Part shown: positions 12,282 to 26,583 of the stretch, one piece after another | Numbering within the stretch: the stretch's first letter is position 1 | How the letters are laid out: each line of letters opens with the position of its first letter | Origin: Lytechinus pictus | Taxonomy: Eukaryota | Reading direction: 5' to 3' | Length of the DNA: 64,000 bases | NCBI RefSeq assembly: GCF_037042905.1 | Contig: NC_087252.1 | Location: forward strand, 23,498,001-23,562,000 | Position numbers and translations under genes: made by a program | The notes under the pieces: generated by a model | Databases searched by the model: none | Told to the model about the DNA's origin: nothing | What the model saw: only the letters and a program-made list of their open reading frames with translations

Positions 12282-13985
12282 AGGAGAATGAAACTCTTGG
12301 AGCAAGTTAGTTTTTGTGAAAGCAGAAAAATCAAAGAATAAGATCAACAAAAGTTTGAGTAAAATAGGACTAGCAATAGAAGAGTTATGAGCATTTGAAT
12401 GTCGAGATCACTAATGCTATGGAGATCCTCCCATTGGCAATGCGACCAAGATCTATGATGTCACAGATGAACAACTCTCCCCTTTTGGACACTGAAAATA
12501 TACCCCAAAACATCTCTTTTTGCTCATTCTAATCATATGACAAACGATTCATCAATGATATAATGTTGTGAAACCTCTGTACTTGTCCCCTCATAAAGAG
12601 AACACCTCACCTTGTGATAGACTCTATAAAAGTGAGAATATAAGTGAAATAAGTACTAAAGTAATGAGGGAGTTGTACGTGTGTGACATCACAGATCTTG
12701 GTCGCATTGCCAATGGGAGGATCTACATGGCATTAGTGATCTCAATATTCAAATGCTCATAACTTTCTTATTATTCATTCAATCTTCCTCAAACTTTCAA
12801 CAATATGTTTCTTTGATTTTTGTCTCACCTGCATAGCAGAGTGAGACTATAGGGGCCGCTTTTCCGACGGCGACGGCGGCGGCGGCGTCAACACCAAATC
12901 TTAACCTGAGGTTAAGTTTTTGAAATGACAGCATAACTTAGAAAGTATATGGACCTAGTTCATGAAACTTGGCCATAAGGTTAATCAAGTATTACTGAAC
13001 ATCCTGCCTGAGTTTCATGTCACATGACCAAGGTCAAAGGTCATTTAGGGTCAATGAACTTAGACCATGTTGGGGGAATCAACATCAAAATCTTAACCTA
13101 AGGTTAAGTTTTTGAAATGTCATCATAAATTAGAAAATATATGGACCTAGTTCATGAAACTTATACATAAGGTTAATCAAGTATCACTGAACATCCTGCA
13201 TGAGTTTCACGACACATGACCAAGGTCAAAGGTCATTTAGGGTCAATGAACTTTGGCCGAATTGGGGGTATCTGTTGAATTACCATCATAACTTTAAAAG
13301 TTTATGGATCTGATTCATGAAACTTGGACATAATAGTAATCAAGTATTACTGAACATCCTGTGCAAGTTTCAGGTCACATGATCAAGGTCAAAGGTCATT
13401 TAGGGTCAATGAACTTTGGCCAAATTGGGGTATTTGTTGAATTACCATCATAACTTTAAAAGTTTATGGATCTGATTCATGAAACTTGGACATAATAGTA
13501 ATCAAGTATTACTGAACATCCTGTGCAAGTTTCAGGTCACATGATCAAGGTCAAAGGTCATTTAGGGTCAATGAACTTTGGCCAAATTGGGGTATTTGTT
13601 GAATTACAGCCATAAATTTTAAAGTGTGTTGGTCTAGTTCATAAAACTTGGACATAAGTCTAGAGTAATCAAGTATCACTGAACATCCTGTGCGAGTTTC
13701 AGGTCACATGAACAAGGTCAAAGGTCATGTAAGGTCAAAGAACTTTGGCCACGTTGGGGGTATTTGTTGAATTGCCATCATATCTCTATAAGTGTATTGG
13801 TCTAATTCATAAAACGTGGAAATACGAGTAACCAAGTATCACTGAACATCTTGTGCGAGTTATAGTAGTTTTCAAAATCAGCACTGCTGCTATATTGAAT
13901 CGCGTGATGCAGGTGAGACGGCCAGAGGCATTCCACTTGTTCTCTTTGATATGGATTCAGCTGGTTTCAAGGGTTTCATTCTCCT
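12282..13985. mobile_element. TTAA-flanked non-autonomous DNA transposon with long TIRs (Kolobok/piggyBac-type), just downstream of the ZNF stop
   Basis: TTAA|AGGAGAATGAAAC ... GTTTCATTCTCCT|TTAA; arms 12380-12466 and 12683-12765 are reverse complements. Confidence 0.8.
12819..13941 (+). mobile_element. Helentron-associated (HINE/DINE-like) non-autonomous element with internal tandem array, nested in 12282-13985
   Basis: Subterminal inverted repeats GTCTCACCTGCAT / ATGCAGGTGAGAC, short CGG microsatellite, ~6 tandem units of ~160-190 bp (CATGAAACTTGG...CAAGGTCAAAGGTCA), CTTGTT 3' end, inserted in a T-run without TSD. Confidence 0.7.
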
Positions 13986-14382
13986 TTAATCAAAAAAGTC
14001 ATAAGCCAAGGGTGATGATCCCTGCTCCTGATTGTATTCCATGTCCATATGCAGAACTAAGCAAGCCATGAGATTAAAAGTTTTATGTTGGAAATTTTTG
14101 TGTTTCCATGTTGGTGATTTTTCAATCTGTTGTGCTTTAAGAATAAATAAAGGTACCTAAATTTAACAATAGAATGTCATTTCTTCAATTTTTCTGCTCT
14201 ATTAGACAATATTACATTGTCGATTTAAACTCTGAAATTCCTATTTACATGAACATTGAGATTATTGACAAATCTGATTAAGATCAACCCTAAAAGGACT
14301 GTGATGTTTGAGCTGTATTGAAGACAGGGGGTGGTTCATAATGACCGAAGACCCCCTTCTGATTTAACCCTAGATTAATTAA

Positions 14383-14921
14383 AGGGGTACCCGGGCTAAA
14401 AATAAATGTTTATAATTAGAGTATAAATTTAAGAGAGCAAAATACTATAAATTTCAAAATCTGATAACAAATATTGAAGCTATTGAATTATAAATTTTAG
14501 CAATATACTGTGAAAACAGTTATATGCACGTCATCATGAATATTTATTAGGTGGCCTGATGAAATCGTGTCCCCACTTTCCCCTTTTTTCTTTTTCTATT
14601 ACATGAATATAAATATTTTCATACATGTGGGTATGGTATGTCTCCCTCATAATAAAGTAAGTTACAGCAATGAATTTCTTATTATTGAATCAGCTGTCAA
14701 TCCATTTTTTTCAATTCTTGAAGAAAAAGACCCTCACATAATTGCATATGATAAATAAAAGAAAGTTGGGATATAACATGAGTTTGCTCATTGAGTATTC
14801 ATGAAGACATGCATAGAACTATAATAATGCGAATCTTGTTGTTATTCTTTGTCCGATTTTGATAAAATTTTCAGTGTTTTGTTAACCTGATTTTTCTTTA
14901 CAGACAGCATGGAGTACCCCT
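14383..14921. mobile_element. TTAA-flanked MITE (Kolobok/piggyBac-type)
   Basis: TTAA|AGGGGTAC ... GTACCCCT|TTAA. Confidence 0.75.
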
Positions 14922-15408
14922 TTAAAGCAGACTGGTAAAAAGTATTGTGGTGTCGGAATGTTTTACCCGTATGTTGCGAATTTAGACTCAAAAGTTAGGT
15001 ATAACTTCAAAGGAAAATGTGACAAAATCTTGCAGCGCTATCTTTGTACGGTTCCGGAAAGATCGAGGGAGGGCGCAGAGTGTGATGGACCCAATTTCCC
15101 TTTAATTGAAAAATCCAGAGGCAAGAGAAGTTTTGAGAAAAAAAAACCCCTGAGGGGTAGAGGTGCACAATGTGAAGATGTAAAATAGAGGAAGGAGAAT
15201 GGATGAATTAACATGTGCAGTGTGATTACTAAGGCCTACGTTTGCATACGAGAATCGGGACTAGGGCCCGTAATTCATAGAGTTATAACTATCGTTATGT
15301 TGCCATTAATATGACTTCCATATTGCAACTGGGCTGCAATTTTTTTCCTCTGAACATTTTGGGCCTAGCTAGGCCTATGGGAATGATAATTTACGGTAAA
15401 AATTTGGC

Positions 15409-15656
15409 CAGTGGTGTTCGCAGGGGGGGGGGGGTGGTTACAGGTGTTCAAACCCCCATAAATGTTTTTGATACCCCACCCCCCCCCCCTAAAAATGATG
15501 AAGACCTTTTTATTGGGGGGGGGGTGTCAAATTATTGTTGGGAGTACGAAACGACCTAAAATTAGTGGCGAACACTTTTTGGGGGGGTTGTCAACATTTT
15601 TCTCAGCTTGAACCCCCCCCCCCCCCCCCTTTTCACCAGTCCTGCGTACGCCACTT
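15409..15656. mobile_element. Degenerate hAT-like MITE
   Basis: CAGTGGTGTTCGCAGG ... CCTGCGTACGCCACTT with poly-G/poly-C subterminal tracts. Confidence 0.5.
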
Positions 15657-17271
15657 AATTCGGCAACCGGGCTCAGCAACCAATCACAAGCAAGGTTTCC
15701 ATGCTTGGCAGTTATACAGTTACAATAAGTCTTAAGAAACGGGTATCAGATGATCAGAAGAAACAATCCAATAATTGGTTTGACCCTCCTTATGCTATGT
15801 CCCCCCCCCCCCCCCCAAGTTTATTATCATGATTACAGAGCAACCTACTTGCGGGAAATAAATTTTCACTTCCGCAGTGCTGAATTTGGTATATCGCCCT
15901 CTATTGGGAACAAAGTAATACTGGGCGACGAAGTGGCATGCGCCTGTACAGGTTCGAGCCCTTGTCGCGTCTTTCAGATGGTGACCGAGGTCGGTCCCAG
16001 CTAGGAGTAAATAATCATATCTGACTGATACATGTCTGTAAGAACTTCATCACATATACACGCACACACACCGTGTATAAGTTGATCAAAAAATAAGTGA
16101 ATTGTAGGCTAGCTATCAAGTCCAAGTATGCCCCCATTATAGGTGAAAAGGGAACTTTTTATCTAATTAAATGATCACTCAATTATTGTTGTGACAATTA
16201 TAATTATTTCAATTACCTTATGTTATTTTAAGTTCTAACTCCATGCAACTATAATAGATAAGCAGGTATACTTCAAGTTGATGTTATAGATAAGCGGCCC
16301 TTATAAAAGTATTTTCCATGATTTTTTTTTTTTTTGGGGGGGGGGGGGGCTGACAAGCCCCTAAACTCCAGTATCAAATTACCGGTTCTACGCCGTGATC
16401 TATATAATTTTGCTTTCTTAAACATAGATTTTTCTTGCTCTGTCGCAAAATGCCCCTTGCACATGTTTGCATACAGGCCAAATAATAGGAAATGTATTTT
16501 TGCTGGTTGCTGACGTCACAAACCCTTCATGTTTGCCCCTTCCCCTTTTATCTCGGGGGGGGGGGGGGTCGCTATGTGGCGACGAGACACTTTGCTAGGC
16601 CTGTAAGCCGTCTGTATGTTAATCGGACAATGCTGGCAATAAAATGACACTTTGGATTGAATTTTGCCCTCTTCAACTTTTCACCACACTGCGCTTATTA
16701 AATGACGTAGCCTATATAGGTATGCAGATCGACCCCCTCCCAATGAATTTCAAGTGATAAACAGAGAGAGAAGCTGAAATAGTTCAACGGCCGGGAGTTG
16801 GAAAGGATGGGCTATTACATATATAGCCCGCAGAACTATATTCTTCTGCATGAGCATATAGTCAACATAACCATGTTGGTATCATGTGTCGAAACCCCAT
16901 AGGAACCAATGGTAAAAAAAAAAATCAACCAAAGTTTTCGGGTAAACGTACAGATGGGGTACGTGGACCACCCCCCAATTTTTTTTTTAAATCAAATTGG
17001 GAAGAAAAAAGAAAAAGAAAGAAGTAGAAAGGAAAAAAAGGGAGTAGGCCCCATCATTTTTTTAATACGTGAACATCTTAAATTATACTTTTATATGAAA
17101 AGGATTTTAGCTCGCTCGCAGCCTTTTAGAAATTTTGTCATGTCTAGCTACTCCCTAAAATATTTCGGCATATTACTTTACAAAATTACTGATTTAAAGC
17201 CATTAGCTGTTGATCTGTCTATTTCTGATATCCACACGGTTTAGATATAACCTGTGTTAACATTATAAAAA

Positions 17272-17453
17272 CACTGAGTAAAAATATTTATACCCAATAT
17301 AGGGTAGAAAGAGAACATACATGTTTGCTTGATATTTTTTTTACCCCATATTGGGTTATTTCAACGCAACATTGCGTAAAATTTATATTTTTTACCCAAC
17401 CAACATGCATGTTCCCATTTTACCCAATATTGGGTAAACCTTTTTACAGAGTG
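17272..17453. mobile_element. CAC...GTG MITE (CMC-like, 2-bp TSD AA); same family as 42080-42309
   Basis: Termini CACT / AGTG; shares CATGTTCCCATTTTACCCAATATTG with 42264-42288. Confidence 0.6.
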
Positions 17454-20283
17454 AACTAGACTACAGATATGGAGTATACCAGCTAGTTGTCAACTATGAT
17501 TCACAAATTGAAAATTATTCGGATATAGGCCTACTTCCGCAATCTATTTTGTCAACAAAGAATCGAGTCGTGAAATGGGAACAATGTAGGAAAATGAAAA
17601 AAAGATTTTAATTAAGAAGACGGTGTATTATAATTGCCACGAATATAAAGTCATATTGTAGAATTTCATAAGTATGGTTTAAAATTCTAGCTTAGACTAC
17701 AGTTAAACCCATTCAGGTTTAATTATCAGAATACTCCTCATGTTTGAACTTCAATAATTTCTTGGCAGTGATCCCATGTCAACGCAACGAATGTCCAAGG
17801 TCCTTGTTTGTTTTTGGACTTGACTTGTGTTTATAATCTTTATAATTGATGTCAAGTGCACTTTTAGCTTACTCCTGAAAGACTTGAATGCATATGCCAA
17901 AGGATGTCCCATTAAACAATGTCTATACGACCGAGAAATATTTGAACGCGGATGGGGTGGTGAAAAAGCCTATAAGTTTACATTCTTTCGTGCATAACTA
18001 ACTGCCTCGATTTCACCTTCACGATATGCCCTTCACTCTTCAGGTCTCACTGCGCCCCTCTCCCCCTCTCTCTCTAGCTCTCTCCTTCATGATCACTCGA
18101 TCTGTACGCGTCCTTGCACTCTGAACATTTCCTCTCCTATATGAATGTAAAAATATTGTACTGAAAAGCAAATAAACGGGACAGGAATTCTCTATCTAAC
18201 CTTGATGGGATGACGGGGCTCTGATGGTCCCGGCCTGCTCTGCATGGGTTTCAGAGGGAGGAGGGGGGGGGGGGGCAGAGCGGCAGAGCCCGGCCCCCAC
18301 ATGCATGCCCCCCTCAAAAAAGTTCCACGACTACGAAAAACAAAAGAAAGAGAAATAAAACGAAAGGGAGAGGGGAAATGTGATATTACTAACAACAGCT
18401 GAATAATACTGTCAAACTCCATACATACACATACACATACACTAGTACATTGTGCCCGACCCTCAAAATTTCTGGCTGATATAGGCCTCCTCTCCAACAA
18501 TGATGAAGATAATAGAAAAATAGCTTTTACAACCTCTCTATATAGCTCCTATTCCTACCCCATCAAAATGTACCGTTCTCGATATAATTATTTGCAATAT
18601 CGGTACTGATGCAGACCCCCCCCCCCCATAAAAACAAAACCGCGGCCTTTGGAACAGCAAATTATTATCATGAGACAGCTAGAGTCCCTCGATCTGATGT
18701 TGAAATGAAATTTCACAATCCATACAAAATTGCATACACGTGACTTGCCTGACATGAAGCATTATCATGTCATTGATTAATTTGCCTCAGTCGAAAAAAG
18801 TGCATAATTATGACCATTTGGGCCCACGATATATACTGGGGTTTTTATGATTTTTTTTCACTACCTTAGATTTTTTCACTACTTGAGAGCAATGAGATCT
18901 TGAGGGCAATGCAAGGGAATTTTGATTGAGGGGGCAAGACGAGCTATTTTTATTTTTTGCTATTTTTTTTTTTATTATTCAGTTTTTAATTTAAATTTTT
19001 ACCTTTTCTTGCACCTTTTTTGTCAATAAAGGACTACTTTTAAAATGCACATAGAGGTGGACCCGATTTCCCTGAGCGGCTGTTTGTTCTTCCTTTTTCT
19101 AATGCGTTTATATCATATAGAAAATATCGTTATGCAAAATAGAAGTCACAGTTAAGCTATAATTACCTCTGTCGGAATCTTTGCAAAAAAAAAGGAAAAA
19201 GAAGAAGTAGATGAATTCAATTGAGCAGAGGTCAATTAAAGGTGGACAGCCACCCAGACCTCCCGAAAAACAATCAAATAAATAAACAAAATTGCTTATA
19301 ATTTTTATGTATTGATATATAATAATCATTGCTAATTAGTGCGTTTGTTCATCTTACATTTTGTCTTAGCTTGTATATTTTATTTTGTGATCGTTGCATG
19401 TAAGCCTAAAGCGTGAAACCGCTTTGAACTTGGTCGAACCGGTTTAGAACTGTTTTAAGTCTAAACGGCATCTTTAATCCATTGAATACATCACGGCAAT
19501 GGGGATTATTTTGTCAACAGTAATTTAGGTTGTCCAATCGATAATTGTTAGCTACTATACATAAAAAAACCCAGACAATTTCGTTGGAAACTGTCAATAA
19601 AGGGGCTATTCAACGTACGGTCAACAAGTCAACAAGAAAAACGAAACAAATTCTTTTGAAGATTACAAACTCTTTGCCTATTCAGTGTACGGTGGATTGG
19701 GGTGGATTAGCTGGGGATTAGCTGACTTGTCTTAGAACTTGACGCTTGTCTGTGACGTCATAGTACAAACTTATCGGTCTAACCATGAGGTAATTAAACC
19801 AATCATCAATTAGAGGGGGGGGGGGGGGGTTCTCTGTATAATTTTTGATAAATAAACGTCCCGTTAATGGAGTTCATCTTGTTCGCTAAATGTTTATGGA
19901 GCAATTAAGTTTCCAAGAATTACTTCATCTTAATTATCCCACCCCACCCTCTCTTTCTCCGATAAACCTGATATTACAAAGTTCTTCTAATACTTAGTAT
20001 AAAAAGTTTGAAATGCTTTTCAATATCATGGGTCGGGCATGGGTCCTATGTACTACAATATGTTTTTTCACGTTGTATACCACCTCTTCTGATCATTCGG
20101 TCACACGATCTCTCATCACATGCTTTCACATCGTCTCTCACACTTCCTTTTCTCCTCGTCACCCTCTCCCATTCATTCCTACCCCCCCTCTCTCTATCCC
20201 TCCCAACCCATCCCCACTCCTACTTTGACAATACACCCGAGACCCCCCCAAAAAAAAAATCATAAAAGAAATAAAAACCTATT

Positions 20284-20591
20284 GGCCCGTATTCTGAAGT
20301 CAGGTTTGATTTAGACAATGGTCTAACTCTGTGCTAAAATGATGGGAAGCCAAATGTGTCAAAATTGGTATTAAGTTGTATGTTTATGTTTACTGTGCTC
20401 TTTCCTGATTCACCTATGGTGAAGACAATCATCTGTTTATACTTCCTAGATAATTATGAATTATTTGAGAGCCAAATGAGCTGAAATATGATATCTCTAC
20501 TGTTAGGGATTTATGTAACAATTGGCTATCCATACTTAAACCATAAATTTAAACCAAAGTTTAAGTTAAACTTGACTTCAGAATACGGACC
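20284..20591. mobile_element. PIF/Harbinger-like MITE, copy 1
   Basis: TIR GGCCCGTATTCTGAAGT / ACTTCAGAATACGGACC, 3-bp TSD ATT; internal sequence matches 40527-40795. Confidence 0.8.
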
Positions 20592-23258
20592 ATTAACTCC
20601 AAAAGAAAAAAAATATATACACAAATTATATTGATATATTTTGACATTTTTATTCACAAACTTTTTTCCTTTTCCATGTAGTTTTTCAACTCTTTGTAAT
20701 ACAAAACATAAAGTAATAGCAGCCAGACATAGGAATAGATAATGAAATGCTGTGCATCCTTTAAAAATAGTATGAAATATTTCAAGAATTGCCTATGGTG
20801 TAAGATATTAGTGATGAAAGATATACGCGCCACAGGAACTTCATTTGGATAGACCAGTAAATGTGTTTAGTTTGTAATTGTAAGTAATATTAATACTTGG
20901 TTATCATATAGCACATCACACAGCAGATTCCATGTCCTCACGTGCTTAATGTATGAGTATTCAATCATTCCCTAGCAATTGCTTTAGTTACCATCAATTG
21001 CAATCTCGAAGCACAGATGGCCTTGTAACATAATACAATACAAAGAATATTTACAATCAACAACTTTGCATCTGGCTTCCCATATACATGGTTAAAATTG
21101 ATCATGGTATTCATTGTATCTTTCGTGCATCAGGGCCCAGATATTTAGAGGTGGCACATGCAGATGAAATTAGTAGACTTGGAGGGAGCTTTTCATGAAA
21201 AGTTTTGTCAGTCATTTTTTCAGAGTCATTGCTCTCAGCCAATCAGATGCAAGGATTTCAGTAGCTTATAAGATCTGTCGGCGACAACCACTGACAAAAA
21301 TGTTCTTGAAACACTCGCTGGAACTTGATAAAGTACAGAAATCATGCATATATCTTGTCTAAAGCTTACCCTGGCCCCTTGCTTACAGGTAACCCAACCT
21401 AGTACATATTTTCACAATTTGTTTGGTATCATCTCCACTGCTTATACTTTGTTTCCACTGTTGTGCGATCCTTAACGAAAGCCACGATTGGCCTTTCGTA
21501 TGCTGATCGTTAAAATTTTTAAACCATTCAAATTTTTTTCTCCGATTGGCGATTGCCACGACTGACCTGGTACGATATGATATGATCACGATTAACTGCG
21601 CCGTTTGAATCGTGGCGCAAATCACGATAGTGGGAACGACATCTAGGTATTAGCGAGTTTTCTATGATACGAATTGCACTTGTTGATAATGTGCATGTCT
21701 GAAATAAAATTTTGAAATTGCATGCAAATACCAGAGCAATTTAAGTATATAACAATTTACACAATCACAATGCAATTTAGTACAATGCAAGGAATTGCCA
21801 CTGGTACAATTCATGGCCTATTGATGAGTATACATGCAACACATTTATTTTAGTCATTCTTTGGCTAATAATAAACCATTTCCTTCCTGGCAGTAATAGG
21901 AAATAGAACCAACCATGCAAAAGATGTTTACATGAAAGTCATACTGGGAAATTAGTTAGCCTCGGAAATCAATTTCGTTGACAGCATTGTAATAGACATA
22001 ACTATGATATTGGAGGGATTAAAGCATACAATTATATTTTATGTGCTATTAAAATCTTCAGACTCTTGACTAGAATGGATATATGATCAAGCACTTTCTA
22101 TAGGAACCTGGCATCTATGACATATACATGTATTTAAGAGTTCAGCAATGTGAAAATTTCAGATATTCAGATTTTACCAGCCATAGCCTGCTACCCCAAA
22201 AAGTGTGTTGATATTTCAAGGAGAGTGGGGGGGGGGGGGGGGTAAGCGATATTCAGAGTTGAATCAACATGTTTCCATGGCAACTCTGATTTTCCATTAT
22301 GAAAAATAGACATGGCTGCATAGAGACCCTCTTTAAAATTTTAGTGGAAGTATAGTTTCCCAACTTTCTTAAAAACCAGGGGAAAAATTACTCAGGGGTG
22401 GAGGGGGGGTGATTTAGCCTGCAAAATGCTCAGAAGCTTATCCAATGTTGCAGATTCAGGCAGTTAAGCTGTGAGAAGTATCCCCAGAAAATTCAAATAA
22501 ACAAATATAAACAAATAAAAGGTGTCATCATGCTTAAAATCTACAAAGCAAATGAGTTGCCATTATAACATAATTTTTCATCTTCTATTATCATAGTTCT
22601 CTTACATGTAGAGGGAACTTCCCATCTTTTACTTACAAATGTGTAAGCCCACTATACAAAAGCCGACCAGCAGCATAGTTGTAAGAACAAAAAAAGAACT
22701 AAAAATGGTACAGGGCTGAAAGGTGATAAGCTGCTACAAATGGACATTTGTAAATGCTGAATATCAACTTGATAACCCTGTGACTAATAAAAAAAAAAAA
22801 ATAAGTACAATACCAAATTGGTGCAAAAAGCAGCATACAGATGTAGCTCATAATACTTTTAAAGCCATCTTTGATGGAATTACAATTTCATGGGAGTTGC
22901 AGTGTGAAGGCTTCAAATTATGATATTCTATAATGAAATGATTAATGGTTCTGAAAAACTTTGCTTCTCTTCAATACTGGCGTATTGCCACCTTGCATGA
23001 TATCTTCAGTTATCTCCATGTTGTGAGTTTGTGAAAAAAAATGTTTCATGCAAGTGTAAAGCCATAATGTTTCTATCTGTAGAAATCCATTTATCTACCA
23101 TTTTACATGTATTCAATACATTTAGGCCAGAAATAAATTTCAGGTCAGTAGCACTGTGAAAAGAAAACTCACTCATAATGAAGGTCTAAATAGTAAATCA
23201 GTAAATCAGAGTACAATAATTTTAATAATTAACATCTTAAAGATTACGGTATACAATG

Positions 23259-24550
23259 TTACTGGGGTTCTGCTTTGATCTGTATTGGGGGACATACGGA
23301 AACAGGGGAGGGGCTGGCAGATTGCTCTCCACTGCTCTGCCTTGATCGACACACGTTGAGCGGGGAAGAACTCCCAGATTTCACCGTCAAGGGGGACGGC
23401 TTGCCGTTCACGTGTGCTTTCTCAGCAGATTGTCCCTCACGCGGTGTAGAATCCTGGTTCGAGTGCATGGTCATATGAAGTTTGAGATAGTTCGCGTGAG
23501 TAAAGGTCATGCAGCACTCGCTGCACATGAACGGTGTGTGCTCGCGTTGATGAATCTTTCCGTGCTCGTCCAGCAGTCGCTTGTTGGAAAACACTCTGCT
23601 GCAGAGCTTGCAAGGGAATCGCCTCTTGGCGTCCGCGAGGGGACCCTTACGCTTAAACGTATTGAACTTCGTGGACGGGACCTGTGCATTTCTCGACGTT
23701 GATGCTTTCTGAGTTGCGTGGACTTTGGAGTGAGATGCAAGGAGTGGGAGGGAGAGGAACTCCTCTCTACAAATGTTACATTTGAACTGGTTTCCATTCG
23801 TTTGCGTGCAAGCATGTCCCTTGAGGGTTGATAAGTCTGTGAAGGTCTTGCCACAGTGCAGGCAGGGGAACACTTTCTCTCCGCTGTGGATTCGTTCGTG
23901 CATCTGTTTATGACTCAGGCGGACAAATATGCGATCACAGAACTGGCATGGGAACAGCTGCTTGTCTTCTTTCTGAACAGAGTGCAGGAGTTCATGGGCA
24001 CGAAGCCCTGCGGCGCGGTGGAACGCCTTCCCGCACATGTTGCACTTGAACGGCTTGATGCTACTGTGCTTCCGGATGTGAAGCAAGAACTTTGACTCGT
24101 GGCTGAACCACTTCAAGCAGATTCTGCAGACAAAGTGACCCTGTCCATTATGAACCCTCTGGTGCTCATGGAAGTCAAAGGCATGAACAAAAGAAAGTCC
24201 ACACTTATTACAAACATAGGGCTTTTCTCCTGTATGTTGTCTTTCGTGGCTCTTTAGATTGAAGCTGAAGGCAAAGGACTTGTCACAGTGGGTGCACTTG
24301 AAAGACTTCTCCTTGACGTGTTTCAAACGATGACGATTGAGATCCACAAGGCAATTGAAGGTTTGTTCGCAGTCGGGGCAGTGAAGCACAGGAGATGACA
24401 CAGTGTAAAATGGATTGGAGTGGAGAGACGAAGAACCAGGGGCATCTAGGTTGGTGTTCTGCCGCTGCAGGGGCGTCTTGTTGCCACTCTCGCTACCTGC
24501 AGGAGTCTTGAAGAAACAAGGACACTTCTTTCCTGGCTTTGCTCCATCAT
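23259..24550 (-). CDS. C2H2 zinc-finger protein 2, terminal exon (10 fingers)
   Basis: Acceptor TTTACAG at 24551; frame continuous with ORF 23259-24401; CxxC..HxxxH repeats and a TGEKPY linker; stop TAA at 23259. Confidence 0.9.
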
Positions 24551-25454
24551 CTGTAAAGAGATTTGAAAGAGAAAAAGGGTAACAAATTAATAATCCAACT
24601 CACAGTGAAGTAAATAACAGCACAGCTTTGATCCATTCAGAAAGAATTTGCATTAAGTCACTTATTGAGTTCAAAAGAAATTTTTGGCTGAACAAGTCCT
24701 ACATGTATTCCTGACCCTGTGGTAGAAGGGTGGGGTGTCATAAAGCTGTTCATAACGTTACGCAAAACCTTCTGCATGACTGTGACAATGTCTTCGGTGC
24801 ACTGCAGAGTCTGCAACATGTACATAAATTTTTTTTTAAAGGGTCACCAGTCATGCTGTAAGTCATTTGGAACCTACAAAACAGCATTATGAAATGGCCC
24901 ACAGAAGAAAACACATTTCTGTAAAAGAAATTTACATTGGCATGAGCCAAGACACTAATTGATTGTGGACTGACTTCGACACAAACATTTTGGACCTTGA
25001 TTCAATTATTCAACACAAACCATGGCAGCATTTCTTGTCAACTCTCTTTAGCATGGAACAGTTATAACTACAATGTACATGGCATGAATAATCACATCAA
25101 AAGCAAATTTGCTGGCAAGACTCAAAAGCCACAAGGTCAGTGACAATTGCTTCATCCATCAAGAATGCATTTAACATGTTACACTTATTCACAACATGAG
25201 TCAACCATTTAAACTTGGTAAAAAAAAATCAGTCAAAGTCAGAGACAGACATATATCCTCACAATCTTCATAGTTCATAGTTTCTTCAGTTTTCTCTTTA
25301 CTCAGGCAAGCTGAATTCTATTTCAAATATTCCAGTGATTGATTTCAGCAACTTTGACTTATAATTATATTTTGTCACTTGTGAAAAATGTAGTACCGGT
25401 ACAGTGATTAATCACTTCCAGAGCATACATTTGTGCTCTAAATTATTCCCTTAC

Positions 25455-25581
25455 CTTCTTCATCAAAGCTCCAGTCCGCTTCCTCCATATCATCTACAAT
25501 ATCAACGTCTTCATCGTCAGAGTTGTCCGAGGGCGACGTATTGTGATTCTCACAGCTATAATCTCTCTCATACGTATTCCC
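25455..25581 (-). CDS. C2H2 zinc-finger protein 2, exon 3 (acidic; GNTYERDYSCENHNTSPSDNSDDEDVDIVDDMEEADWSFDEE)
   Basis: TTCTAG acceptor and G|GTAAGG donor; 127 nt, phase 0 to phase 1, compatible with both flanking exons. Confidence 0.8.
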
Positions 25582-25960
25582 CTAGAATGATAAAGAAAAA
25601 TGTTGTCAGGTTAGTTGAAGTGGAAAGGTTCATTTACATTTAATGTAATGCAGGAACTCTGGATTTATTTGTTACATGATGTATAGTGTCTATTCACAGA
25701 TTGTCACAACCCCATCATCTTTCCTGTCCCAAGGTTACTTTCTGCAGTTAAATCAAATAAAAATTTAGCTCATTGAGAAAGAAATTTCAGAGCAAATCCG
25801 TATATGGTGGCTTTTCAATTTGCTCCAGTTTCTCCATGTGACGTTATGAAGGGGGGGGGGGGGGTAACTTGGGGGGAGTCGTTTTTTAGGATATTGGAAC
25901 CAATCCTACATATAAGTATTTCACATCAGGTTATTACCAATACCAATGAATTTCTCTTAC

Positions 25961-26583
25961 CTTTTTGGGCAAGACAGGTGAGCATCCAAGATTGATAGCA
26001 CCGCCGAGGCCAAGGGTCACCTTCATGTTATTCACAGAGGGCATGGCAAAATACTTGACCACATCCTCTGAAGTAACAGACTTCCTCCCGAAGTACGCTG
26101 CAGCCTGGCCCTGGACCATCGTGTCTTGAGACAGGAACTCTGTTACAACTTCTGGATCAGTCTCTCTGAGTTCCTCCACACAAGGGTTGTCCGACTCAGA
26201 TGACACCGATGCTGTACCTTTGGATGACTGATTAGGTGATGACTCACAACCTTCTGCCAAGAAATTGTCAGGGGGAGGGGTCTTCTTGTTGGGTGTCGGG
26301 GATTTCCCTTTATCTGGGGTGGGGGATATCCCTTCGTCTAAGGTGGGGGAATTCCCTCTGTCTGGGGTGGGGGAATTCCCTCGGATGGGCGAGCTTGCCC
26401 CGCAAACACCTACTTGGTCCTGGACGGTCTGAGTGCTGGCAACATCCAAGGATTGCAGCTCTGAAGTCTTGTCTATGGATTGGTCCGACTTTTGAAGATT
26501 CTCCAAAGGGTATGGAGAATTGGGGTCAGTGTCACTTGAGCTACAGGAAGATGAAATCTCTGATGACTGTGTGTGATCATTTA
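25961..26583 (-). CDS. C2H2 zinc-finger protein 2, exon 2 (Ser/Pro/Thr-rich, 8-aa repeats)
   Basis: CCTGCAG acceptor at 26584, AAG|GTAAGA donor at 25961; open in the frame of ORF 25934-26506. Confidence 0.8.

Noticed and set aside
15940-16010. tRNA or structured ncRNA (GGTTCGAGCCC)
   Set aside because: Only a B-box-like stretch with no cloverleaf; probably a decayed SINE fragment.
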